Position numbers and translations under genes: made by a program
Notes under the pieces: generated by a model
Told to the model about the DNA's origin: nothing
What the model saw: the letters and a program-made list of their open reading frames with translations, nothing else
The model's database searches: none
Shown here: piece by piece, positions 9,118 through 18,503 of the stretch
How the letters are laid out: every line of letters starts with the position of its first letter
How positions within the stretch are numbered: position 1 is the stretch's first letter
DNA from: Candidatus Heimdallarchaeota archaeon
GTDB taxonomy: Archaea > Asgardarchaeota > Heimdallarchaeia > Hodarchaeales > Hodarchaeaceae
NCBI GenBank assembly: GCA_019057635.1
Contig: DXJL01000100.1
Span: 1 to 30,801 of the forward strand
Direction of reading: 5' to 3'
Length of the DNA: 30,801 nucleotides

Positions 9118-9360
9118 AATAACAACCTATGATTGAAGTAGTTTAAGAATCCTATTCTAAATCCTCAATGTTTTTCAGACTAAATGAGTGAATATAACGT
9201 ATCACTCCTCTAAATGATTTTATATTTAATATGATCGTTTTTATCTGACAACTAATTCCAAGCGATAAAGGGTGGTTAGATATCAACAAGTCATATAAAT
9301 TCTTTTCTCATAATCCTCATGAATATCTTTATTCCTCCATAGAAACTAAAAGAAATCTTT

Positions 9361-9529
9361 AAGCAAAATTACTCATTTCGTGAAATAGTTGGTATTTCAA
9401 TAAATAAAACCGTGATAAAATGTAGAGAAGAGTAATCTATAAGCTTATTACTCGAAGTAGCAACCTAATGAAAAAAGGATCTATTAATTCTGAAGAATTC
9501 GTTTTCAGTTTTCGAAAAGCTTATTACTC
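9361..9529 (+). repeat. Spaced direct repeats AAGCTTATTACTC (9441-9453, 9517-9529; degenerate copy 9361-9374)
   Basis: Two exact 13-mers 76 bp apart. The second sits in CGAAAAGCTTATTA, a BRE+TATA-like element. Confidence 0.6.
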
Positions 9530-9657
9530 ATTAGTGAATTACATTTCATGTATTATTACGGTGTTTCTAGTACTAACAACGAATACTCAACGGATTTGAT
9601 ACGTCCGTTAATTCTTCCACAAGGAATTGTAATCACTTTATAGGAGACAGAAAAAGT

Positions 9658-10185
9658 TTGAACAACACCGAATATCGCACCTCTACTTCTGTTTATTCTG
9701 AAATGAATCGAATGGTGCGTGAAATTGAGGACAGACGTGCTCTCTCTTCAGATTTTTATGAAGAGTTACGCACCCACGCTTCCAAATTAGCGGCTGCTAA
9801 TGGAAGTTCGGATGATGGTTTAGATAAAAAACAAAGATTTAAACGAATCGGTGTAATTATCGATGAACTAAGAGAGAGATATTGGGATCTAACAGATCTC
9901 CTCGCAGAAATCTCTGGAATCGAAATTATGGAAAGTTCACTACCAAGCCAAGCTACACAATTATCAAGAGAAATTATTGATATACTAAAGCATATGGAAC
10001 CCACAGTTCGGAATGCTCATAAATCCCTTCGATCAAATGAATTAGGGACTGTTGTAAAAGATCTTCTTACTGTGGTTGAGAATAGAAAGTTTCGTGAATT
10101 GGATTCGGTTCTGATCCAATTATCAGAAGAAATCGATTCAATAAGTGAGAAATTAGAAGATCTAAGACAAAAGAGAATTATGTGA
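9658..10185 (+). CDS. Hypothetical all-helical/coiled-coil protein
   Basis: 175-aa ORF, TTG start with upstream AGGAG, heptad-like C-terminus, T-rich tract after the stop. Confidence 0.75.
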   Translation: MNNTEYRTSTSVYSEMNRMVREIEDRRALSSDFYEELRTHASKLAAANGSSDDGLDKKQRFKRIGVIIDELRERYWDLTDLLAEISGIEIMESSLPSQATQLSREIIDILKHMEPTVRNAHKSLRSNELGTVVKDLLTVVENRKFRELDSVLIQLSEEIDSISEKLEDLRQKRIM

Positions 10186-10219
10186 ATAACATTCTTCTTT
10201 TTTATCAATTTCCTTCTTT

Positions 10220-10813
10220 TTATTCGATAACAGGTTCCCCACAATTGGGACAGGTAAATGCTCCTGGGGGGATTTTCTGACCACACCTGTTACACATCCA
10301 TACATCTTTTGTTTTTGATGCGTCCCATGCTTTTCTTGTCTTTTTATATTTAACAGATGCCTTCTTGGGTTTTGTTGCTGTTCCTGTTGCATATGCCGCG
10401 ATACAGGCGACAAGGGTGGAAGCAACCACACCAATAATGAACTCATTTGCGATTGTCACATTTGTCTCACTTCCAAAATGAACAACCAGCAGAAGGCTTG
10501 AACCTAAGAGAGTTCCGAAGAATCCAGCTATTACGCCTAAAAGGCCATGTTTTGCTCTAACACCCGCTACCATCCCTGAAATTGCCCATGCTACTAATAC
10601 CGACCAGAATGAAGTTAATGTTTCTGCTCTCAAGAACATTCCTTGGTACATATTCGCAAAAACATGATCAAATCTCAAAGAAGTAATTGCTGCAGCTTTA
10701 GAAGGATCAAATATTAACTGAGATATTTCTAAGGCTGATAAGCCGACAGAAATAACTAATATGGTATTAATTAGGGGATTCGTGGTTTTTGTTCGAGACT
10801 CTGTTGATTCCAT
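10220..10813 (-). CDS. Membrane protein (~4 TM) with C-terminal zinc ribbon
   Basis: Four hydrophobic segments, Lys-rich linker, CNRC...CPNCG. Confidence 0.8.
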   Translation of the reverse strand: MESTESRTKTTNPLINTILVISVGLSALEISQLIFDPSKAAAITSLRFDHVFANMYQGMFLRAETLTSFWSVLVAWAISGMVAGVRAKHGLLGVIAGFFGTLLGSSLLLVVHFGSETNVTIANEFIIGVVASTLVACIAAYATGTATKPKKASVKYKKTRKAWDASKTKDVWMCNRCGQKIPPGAFTCPNCGEPVIE

Positions 10814-11112
10814 TTATGACCGTCCATTTTTCTATATGCTATCTATATTACTATTTCTCCCCTCTTATCAATTATAATGCAAATTTCATACCACACTTAA
10901 TAAATCTTCACAAATCCAATGTAAATTACTTATTCAAATCAGAGAAAGACGATAAGATTAACTCCAATCGATTTCTTTCAATCATTAATCTAACAAAACA
11001 TAAATCTCAATTATACGATTTTGCTTGAAAATAGAGATATTAGGAAATTGGGAGTTATCTCGTAAGGTAACTGTAACTCAGACCTATTCTCTGTAAAATA
11101 TCTCAGGAGTTA

Positions 11113-13143
11113 ATGTCTCTCATGAAACAAATGTCCAGCTTGGATATCTTTGCCATCATAAAAGAATTACAGGGGATTATCGGATATAGAGTGGATAATG
11201 TCTATCGTGATAGTTCGGACAGATTTTTTCTCTTTAAACTTAAAGGAATGGGACGTTATAAAACCCCTTTTTTGTTAATTGAACCAGGTACACGAATTCA
11301 CATATCTGAATTCAAGTATGATGTACCAGAACGACCTGAAGATAAGATATTAGCATTAAGAGCCCATCTTAAGGGAGCAATTATTAAAAACATTAAACAA
11401 ATCGATTTTGACCGATTAGTGGAATTTGAATTATTGGGAAAGCAGACCTATAAGGTAATTGTTGAGCTGTTTGGAACTAAACCCAACTTTGTTGTTGTGG
11501 GAGATGAAAACAAAGTCATCTTTGCTTCTTGGTATAGGAAGATGCGACATAGAGATGTATTACCTGGAAAGGAATTTACATTACCTCCCAGTAGAGGACA
11601 ACCCATTCTTTCTATGCCAGCTGATGAAATAAAAAAAATACTTAGTTCATCCAACAATACAGAAGAAGAAATTGTCAGAGTATTAGCACGAAATACTGGT
11701 GGAGGAGGCATATTAATGGAGGAAATACTAGCCAGAGCTATTATACCTAAAACTAAATTGTGTAGCACAATAACTGAAGAAGATATTGAGAAAATTTTCT
11801 CAGTTATTCAGGAGATCACACAAGAATTAGATGAACTAGAACCATCTGTGTCTATTGATTCTCAAGAGCGACCGATAGCTTTTCAGCCCATTTTATTCAA
11901 ATCAAATCCTTATCAAATAAAGGAATTTGAATCTTTTTCGAGTGCATTGGACTTTTTCTATTCACATGAATCACCTGTAATCTCTCCAGGATTGAATAAT
12001 TATCAACGTAAGAGAGAACAGCATGAAAAGGTCCTGCAATCTCAACAGGAGATTTTAAATCACCATAAGCAAAAACAAATATTATACAAAAAGATTGGAG
12101 ATGCAATATATCTTCACCTCAGTGATATAGATGAATTACTCTCGACAATAATGAATGCCCGGAAAAAGAATGTAACGTGGGAGAAAATAATAGGGAAATT
12201 AGAACAAGCAAAGGAAAATAACATATCGTCCGCGCGAATATTTGAGGGAATCACCCCTAAACGTGGAACTATAAGGATTAATATGAGTTTTGATATCATC
12301 GAGGTAGATTTTCGTCAGAATGCTACAGAAATTGCTAGTAATTATTATAAACGATCCAAAAAAGCAGGACGTAAAGTAATGCCCGCAGAAAATGCGATCC
12401 TAGAGACTAAATCTAAAATTAATTCTCTAAATGAAAATATAGATGAACAAACCGTTGCTGATACAATAATTCTGAAAAGACGGAAAAGAAACTGGTATGA
12501 GAAGTATCATTGGACATTTTCATCAAATGGATTCTTGATTATCGGTGGGAAAGATATCTCTACAAATGATGAAATTGCTAAAAGACGAATGAAGAAAGAT
12601 GACTTCTTTTTCCATGCAGAAGTGCAGGGTGCACCATACACCGTAATTATTCGTGAGAGTAGTGATAAAGAAATATCTGAGGAGGAATTACATCTCGCAG
12701 CTAGAATGGCAGCCAGTTTTTCAAGTGCTTGGAAAGCAGGTTATACCGCAATTGATGTTTATTATGTTCTTGGAGAGAATGTAGGTTTTTCAGCTCCCAG
12801 CGGAGAATATATCCCAAAAGGAGGAATAATGGTAAGGGGAAAAAGAAGTTATGTTCGTGGAACAGTCCTAGAGCTTGCTATTGGATACCAAGAAAACGAA
12901 TTTAATATTAAAGTTATCTATGGATCTCCAGAGCAGGTGTCTAAGCATAGTCCTATTGTAGTTATGATAAAACCTGGAAATGAATCGAAAGGTAAAATTG
13001 CAAAACAAATTCAGAAGATATTTTTGAAGAAAGTTACAACCGCAGAGCAAAAGGCGAAATTAAAAGCCCTTGACCTTAATGAAATTGTACAGGCTGTTCC
13101 TCATAATTCCACGATATTCAATGTTGAGAATACAATAAAATAA
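11113..13143 (+). CDS. rqcH: Ribosome quality control protein Rqc2/RqcH (NFACT/NEMF family)
   Basis: MSSLDI, LRAHL.G...I.Q..FDR, ELFG..N, coiled coil, WYEKYHW..SS.G.LIIGGKD..TND, FFHAEVQGAP, APSGEY..KG..MVRGKR; AGGAG SD. Confidence 0.95.
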   Translation: MSLMKQMSSLDIFAIIKELQGIIGYRVDNVYRDSSDRFFLFKLKGMGRYKTPFLLIEPGTRIHISEFKYDVPERPEDKILALRAHLKGAIIKNIKQIDFDRLVEFELLGKQTYKVIVELFGTKPNFVVVGDENKVIFASWYRKMRHRDVLPGKEFTLPPSRGQPILSMPADEIKKILSSSNNTEEEIVRVLARNTGGGGILMEEILARAIIPKTKLCSTITEEDIEKIFSVIQEITQELDELEPSVSIDSQERPIAFQPILFKSNPYQIKEFESFSSALDFFYSHESPVISPGLNNYQRKREQHEKVLQSQQEILNHHKQKQILYKKIGDAIYLHLSDIDELLSTIMNARKKNVTWEKIIGKLEQAKENNISSARIFEGITPKRGTIRINMSFDIIEVDFRQNATEIASNYYKRSKKAGRKVMPAENAILETKSKINSLNENIDEQTVADTIILKRRKRNWYEKYHWTFSSNGFLIIGGKDISTNDEIAKRRMKKDDFFFHAEVQGAPYTVIIRESSDKEISEEELHLAARMAASFSSAWKAGYTAIDVYYVLGENVGFSAPSGEYIPKGGIMVRGKRSYVRGTVLELAIGYQENEFNIKVIYGSPEQVSKHSPIVVMIKPGNESKGKIAKQIQKIFLKKVTTAEQKAKLKALDLNEIVQAVPHNSTIFNVENTIK

Positions 13144-13158
13144 GGACGAAACCAAATA

Positions 13159-13755
13159 TTACATTATTTCATCATCATCGATTTGATCTTCTATTGTTTG
13201 ATCACCAATGCATTGCTTACATAAAGTGTATCCATTGGCAGTAGATAGATTAACTGAATAGTTACCACAATCATCACAAAATCCTTGAAGATGGGGAGGT
13301 GTTAGTTCAGAATTGGGTTGAGCCATTATCATTTGTTGCTCGCGATGAATAGCCAACAACTCTGGAGCAAAAGTCAGAAGATCATTAGTTGAAACAATAC
13401 CTAATGCTTTGGACGAGTCTTGAGCGTCTACTACTAATATACGTTCGATTTTTAGGTTTGACATATGGCGTATCGTGGCATCTAAAGTCTCATCAGAAGA
13501 AACAAAGCAAACTGGTTTGCTCATGGCATCTCCTGCAAGAACAATGCCTGGATCTAATGCACGACCAACGACTCTTTGAATAATGTCGCCTTTCGTCAAA
13601 ATTCCGACAATATCTTCATCTTTTATTATGACAGAACCGACTTGATGATTTTTCATTAGTTTTGCGGCTTCTGTGACGGGGAGATTACTTGACATGGAAA
13701 TAATTGGGCCTTTTATTAACGCTCCCACTAATACTTCTTCTTGGTCATTGGTCAT
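13159..13755 (-). CDS. CBS-pair protein with C-terminal zinc ribbon
   Basis: EAAKLM...VGSVII...VGILT..DI and LGIVS..DL CBS repeats; G.CDDCG...LCKQC; GGTGA SD. Confidence 0.9.
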   Translation of the reverse strand: MTNDQEEVLVGALIKGPIISMSSNLPVTEAAKLMKNHQVGSVIIKDEDIVGILTKGDIIQRVVGRALDPGIVLAGDAMSKPVCFVSSDETLDATIRHMSNLKIERILVVDAQDSSKALGIVSTNDLLTFAPELLAIHREQQMIMAQPNSELTPPHLQGFCDDCGNYSVNLSTANGYTLCKQCIGDQTIEDQIDDDEIM

Positions 13756-13918
13756 TTAGGAAATCACCTATAAACGCAATTGTTTAATCTCTCGCATAGT
13801 ATAGTCTATAATGAGCGATAGATTCTAATTATTGAAGACTCTCTACCTAAAAAAGCTTTTGCATAAAAACGAATTCCAAGTATACACTGGATCAATTATT
13901 TCTGTGGATAAACTTTCT

Positions 13919-16900
13919 TTAGGCAGAGTCGTTAAAAAAAAGAGTTGTAGGCCGTGGGCCTACATCGAATAAGAGATTCTTGTTTAACTCAATATACCTG
14001 ATCCAAGATTTGGTATATTCTGACAAATCAGCGGAGTACTTATCAGAGAGTTGGTTTATTATTTGAAGATATCTGAGGACCCATCCTTTTGACAGTGTAA
14101 GCTCCAATGTTTTATTATTACAAAATGGACACTTGTCTGATAACGGAACTCTCCTATAAGTTGTTTTACATAATTTACATCTGACAGGTTGTTGAAAAAA
14201 ACGTGAAATAGACAATGTTATCTTAATTAAAAAATCATTGATCAATAAATTATCAACATATTTTCCTTCCTCTACTCCTCGAATACTTTGCAGGCTCTCA
14301 AGAGCGATATTTATCCGATCCACAATTTTTTTCTCAATAAATTTATTCTCTATTGAAAAAATGGATATATCATTGGAAGTCTGAACTGCTAACTCTGGTG
14401 ATGTAAGTAAGGAAATTTCATAGGATAATAAGTTGATTTGTTCTGGATTATTTGGTATTTCCTGATAAAATGTACGATTCATTACCGAAATATTGTGTTT
14501 AGAGTAATCTAAAAGATCTACCCAGCTATCTACTAAATTGATAACCGAAGGTACATCTAAGGCTCCTCCATGAGATGCAGGTATAAATTCACTAGAGAAG
14601 TTGAGTAGAACATCCAGTAGTAGCGTGATTGAATCAGTAGCTCCATTACAAGATCGAGATTTAAGAAGGTGCCAAAGAGGATGAGCAAATAGCACATTAT
14701 TTTTTGAGTATCCAATTATACGTCCTATAACACCGACTTGTGAGGTTGGGGAGATACCCACAACCAATAATCCAATCACATTTTCATAGGATTGTAATCG
14801 ATAATAAGGAGAAGAATTATACTGAAACGATAATTCATCGTCTATAAACTTACTTTGCGCAAATACGAATTTTGCCCCCTCTTTATTAATGATTATATCA
14901 TAAGGAAAGATTTCGATTAATTGTTCCTCATCCGTTAGATCTTCACCATAGATGTCATGAGAATAACCAAGTCTTTGAATTTCGTCTAAAGAGGTACCTA
15001 TCTCATTAGGTGTAAAAGTCCTTATTGGACTATTTGTATAGCTAAATCTCGTGGTACCATCTTTAAATACAAATAACCCATGTTTAGCTCTCAATATTCC
15101 TTTTATTAAATTCTCTGGAATTCCATAGGTATTATCTAGGTATGAAATCCCCTTAACCTTTTTAACTTCAGGAGACCCTGCTTTTTTTATTCCAGAATTA
15201 AACATTCCGTTTATATTAAGCATTTTAGGTTTCGTAGGATATGCTCTTTTCTCACACTGACTACAGATTGAATTATCAGAAGTATGTCCATCACGACATC
15301 TATATTTTAGTTCAGTTTTTTGTTTACACTCGGGGCAATACACTTTGAAGGAATAAATTTTACAGGAAACACAATAACGATCAGCTACACGTATTTCAAT
15401 ACTCGTATCTTGTGGCACCTTAAAGAAATCCTTTTGGGGGCCTCCATGTTTACCTAAAGGAAATAAGCTGTGGTGTGGGGGATTGGTGAATCTTGTCTCT
15501 GCTTTTTCTATTCTGATGAGTTTAAAACCTATCCTTCTGTAACATAACGAGCGAACAGGTATTTTGAGCATTTCTTGACAAAGAAATTCTACAGTTAAAT
15601 CTTCCACATCTTCCTCCAAAATCTCCATCATTTTAGAGAATTCCTGCTTAAATATTGTAAAGAAAGGATTAAGAATCTCAGAATGGATTTTTTCCTCAAT
15701 GATTTCAAATGAGGCGCCTAATTGTTTAATTATTCTTAAAATTTCATCATCTACATGAAGAGAAGTATCAGGATTTGCATTTAATTTTTGTAACAATAGA
15801 ATAAAATCACTTATTGCAATCTCGTTCCAATTAAGTGAAAATTTCGGGTGGAGTGGGATATTGAATGCTTTTGATAATAAAATGGCTAAATCCCAAGTCG
15901 GATAGTAGTTTAGAGGTTCATGGAGCATCTGATTCAATACCCCTTCAGAGAGATTTCCCGACTTTAAGACTTCAGCAATATTAACTTCTTTTGTGGCAAT
16001 TGCACTATTAATTTCCCGATTCCACCATTCTTCCGTCCATGCAGAGAATATAATAGGTGTAGATATTGGGATATCTGAAGTAGACATTAATATATCTCCC
16101 ATTTCCCAAATTTGTTTTGTAGAAATCTTCATTTTGCGAAGTTCATTTATTGAATTTATTCTCTTTAGCGATCCATCCTCTAGTTCAACAAGTGGACCCA
16201 TTATGGAAGAAACAGGATTTATCGCATAAAATCTATCAGAAAAATCTAATTGAACAGTACATCCAGGTGTTAAAATACCTGTAAGCGCCATTGTGACAGG
16301 ATGAATACCAATAGTGCCAAAACCAGTGGTTCTTGATTCACCATATCTTAGTCTAAATCCACCAGCTCGATTTGATTGGGAAAGGAGAGGTTGAGTACTG
16401 CGAATATCTTCCGTTCCGAATGTTCTATTCTGTTTTGGGCTGATAAATCGTAATTTATCTAACCATCCCCATTCGGGAATGCCAGCTTGTAATTTTTGAA
16501 TTATTATTTGTTGTAAGTCGTGAAGTATTCGTTCTAAGGTAACACAAAGTCCCATTCGTAAGTGATTAGTCAATTTTGGTAAATTTCGATACCTTTGAAC
16601 TTCTATTCTCTCATAAGGCTCACTAGATAATTCTACTCCAATATTTTGTATAAATACTCTTACATGATCTACATTGAACTGAAAAACCCGATCATTCATT
16701 TTGAGGAATATTCCTAATTCTTCTTCATATCGTCCAATTGAATCAGGACTTGAATGAAAGCGGTTTAAATGTAAAATACCCCGAAGATAGTCAGAAATAA
16801 GAATTGTTAGGCCAATTATGGTACCTGGAACATACCGGATAGTATTTGCAAAAAAAAGTGTCAAATAGTTTTGTTTAGGATCAATCCTCACTTTGGGTAC

Positions 16901-17260
16901 ATATTCTTTCGGAACTGAACATTGTCCACGACTTAGAATTACGAATGAACTTTGAATTGCTAATAAAATTAACTGTTCCTTGGATTTTTTTATGAACCTT
17001 CCATTGACAATTTGTTTTGCTACATCAGCCGCAAGGAGTAAAAGATTTTTATTCTGATTAATTTTCTCTGGAAGATAATTTTCTAAACCAGGTATGTTTA
17101 ATATGGCGAGAATATTATCAGTTGATGAAGGTGTAATTATTGATTCAATTGAAGAATATGGGTCATATTTGAGACTTCTCGCCTGATTAGCGAGTTTGAT
17201 CTGCGCTGTTAGAGTTTTTTTTATTTGTTCAACATATTCTTGGAATTCTAATTCAATCAT
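13919..17260 (-). CDS. DNA polymerase D large subunit (DP2/PolC) paralogue, predicted catalytically inactive
   Basis: Collinear DP2 motifs: GGFRLRYG, EEWW, PLHPK, LFPLG..GG, KGILRAK...VFKDGT.R, GRIIGY, AHP, LLNFS, RC..C...YRR.PL...C..C. The catalytic NCDGDED reads SCNGATD at 14633-14653. Confidence 0.92.
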   Translation of the reverse strand: MIELEFQEYVEQIKKTLTAQIKLANQARSLKYDPYSSIESIITPSSTDNILAILNIPGLENYLPEKINQNKNLLLLAADVAKQIVNGRFIKKSKEQLILLAIQSSFVILSRGQCSVPKEYVPKVRIDPKQNYLTLFFANTIRYVPGTIIGLTILISDYLRGILHLNRFHSSPDSIGRYEEELGIFLKMNDRVFQFNVDHVRVFIQNIGVELSSEPYERIEVQRYRNLPKLTNHLRMGLCVTLERILHDLQQIIIQKLQAGIPEWGWLDKLRFISPKQNRTFGTEDIRSTQPLLSQSNRAGGFRLRYGESRTTGFGTIGIHPVTMALTGILTPGCTVQLDFSDRFYAINPVSSIMGPLVELEDGSLKRINSINELRKMKISTKQIWEMGDILMSTSDIPISTPIIFSAWTEEWWNREINSAIATKEVNIAEVLKSGNLSEGVLNQMLHEPLNYYPTWDLAILLSKAFNIPLHPKFSLNWNEIAISDFILLLQKLNANPDTSLHVDDEILRIIKQLGASFEIIEEKIHSEILNPFFTIFKQEFSKMMEILEEDVEDLTVEFLCQEMLKIPVRSLCYRRIGFKLIRIEKAETRFTNPPHHSLFPLGKHGGPQKDFFKVPQDTSIEIRVADRYCVSCKIYSFKVYCPECKQKTELKYRCRDGHTSDNSICSQCEKRAYPTKPKMLNINGMFNSGIKKAGSPEVKKVKGISYLDNTYGIPENLIKGILRAKHGLFVFKDGTTRFSYTNSPIRTFTPNEIGTSLDEIQRLGYSHDIYGEDLTDEEQLIEIFPYDIIINKEGAKFVFAQSKFIDDELSFQYNSSPYYRLQSYENVIGLLVVGISPTSQVGVIGRIIGYSKNNVLFAHPLWHLLKSRSCNGATDSITLLLDVLLNFSSEFIPASHGGALDVPSVINLVDSWVDLLDYSKHNISVMNRTFYQEIPNNPEQINLLSYEISLLTSPELAVQTSNDISIFSIENKFIEKKIVDRINIALESLQSIRGVEEGKYVDNLLINDFLIKITLSISRFFQQPVRCKLCKTTYRRVPLSDKCPFCNNKTLELTLSKGWVLRYLQIINQLSDKYSADLSEYTKSWIRYIELNKNLLFDVGPRPTTLFFNDSA

Positions 17261-17267
17261 TTTTATT

Positions 17268-17984
17268 TCACGAATAAATGCGTACTCCGTTCGGAAAAGT
17301 GACGCTTAAAATCCCAACATTATTTATTGATGATATGCCCTCAAAATAATAGTGACCCGTAGTATTGGAATAGGGAGTTGGAGAGAGTGAAGAACTACCA
17401 TTCAAAACATGAATATTTGCAGCATTGATGAAATCCAGAATTGAATATCGAGACTGTTGAATTATCACCTGATTACTAAATATTTCTACACGACCGACAT
17501 AGGAAACACTAAACTCCTCAATAAGTTTCATAGTTGAATATAGATCACTTATTTCAAGGTTAAAACGTGCTTGAATAGCACTGGTATATACTGATCCTAC
17601 CGAGACATTAGAATCTGGGGTCATTAACGCATTAATTGTAAAAGAACTGGATATAAGTTCTAAGGTAGTTAGAATTAAGCGAGATGAATCAACAGCTTCG
17701 ATTGTTGTCAAAAATGACTCTAGCTCTATTCGAGCAAAAGAAGCATTTAAAGAGGAGGTATTATCAGTGTATCTAGCTAACATCATTTCTAAAAATGACT
17801 GTAATTCTCTCTTAATGTTATTATAAGGTTCACGTAATGTTTCTTCATTGGATGTAATCTGTTGTGTTCCGATATTAAGAACTGTAGCACTTATAGCGAC
17901 AACATATACAGCTATCAGCATTGTTGCGAGTATAAACATCTGTCCTCTTCGTTTATCTCGAATAACTATTTTTAATCCCGTCAT
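17268..17984 (-). CDS. Pilin-like protein with class III signal peptide
   Basis: DKRRG|QMFILATMLIAVYVVAI: basic leader, Gly at -1, hydrophobic N-terminal helix. Confidence 0.8.
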   Translation of the reverse strand: MTGLKIVIRDKRRGQMFILATMLIAVYVVAISATVLNIGTQQITSNEETLREPYNNIKRELQSFLEMMLARYTDNTSSLNASFARIELESFLTTIEAVDSSRLILTTLELISSSFTINALMTPDSNVSVGSVYTSAIQARFNLEISDLYSTMKLIEEFSVSYVGRVEIFSNQVIIQQSRYSILDFINAANIHVLNGSSSLSPTPYSNTTGHYYFEGISSINNVGILSVTFPNGVRIYS

Positions 17985-18503
17985 TTAAATTTTCTCCCAT
18001 AAGTACAGTTCTACTAAATATTGAGATGTGAAATGTCCATATTCTGCAGAGGAAAAGGATCCTACAAAATAATTTGATTGAACCCCATCTCCTCCTTGTT
18101 GTAAGGCAAGAATACTCGCTTGAGAGCCAATTAAGTAAATGTATGTTTCAAGAATCGCTTGTCCCTGAACTTCGCTCATTCGTAAGACAAAGCCTAAATC
18201 GTCTTGTAAACTAAATGTAATAAAATCATTAAGGATATCGAGATGGTAAATATATTCTGAATTATGTTCAAGCTGACCATATAAATAAACGACGGGGCGT
18301 AATAGGTTTGCTTCATCGGCCGTAAGTAAAATGTCAGTTGCAGTATTCTGAAGACTTTCTAAATCAGAATCAGATTTATTAACTTGATCCGCAGCACTAA
18401 TGAGTAGTAATGCTAGAATGAGCATGAGTGAAACTGATACAAGTGTTTCGGCAATTTGTAATTGTCCCCTTCGGGTTTTTTTCCAAAAATTGTTCATTTT
18501 CAT
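17985..18503 (-). CDS. Pilin-like protein with class III signal peptide
   Basis: KKTRRG|QLQIAETLVSVSLMLILALLLI; ATGA overlap with the upstream gene. Confidence 0.8.
   Translation of the reverse strand: MKMNNFWKKTRRGQLQIAETLVSVSLMLILALLLISAADQVNKSDSDLESLQNTATDILLTADEANLLRPVVYLYGQLEHNSEYIYHLDILNDFITFSLQDDLGFVLRMSEVQGQAILETYIYLIGSQASILALQQGGDGVQSNYFVGSFSSAEYGHFTSQYLVELYLWEKI

Noticed and set aside
9361-9529. Degenerate CRISPR array or ORB-type replication origin
   Set aside because: The repeats are only 13 bp with 2-3 copies, there is no ORB-like G-string, and no cas or cdc6 gene is nearby.
11053-11072. Hairpin AGTTATCT-cgta-AGGTAACT upstream of rqcH
   Set aside because: A single weak 8-bp stem that does not involve the SD; compatible with chance.
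14633-14668. Intein or frameshift explaining the missing DGDED motif
   Set aside because: The flanking motifs AHP and LLNFS keep canonical spacing in one frame with no insertion; these are substitutions.
13919-17260. Calling this gene the ordinary replicative polC
   Set aside because: Both catalytic Asp residues and many invariant motifs are substituted, so the gene symbol was withheld.
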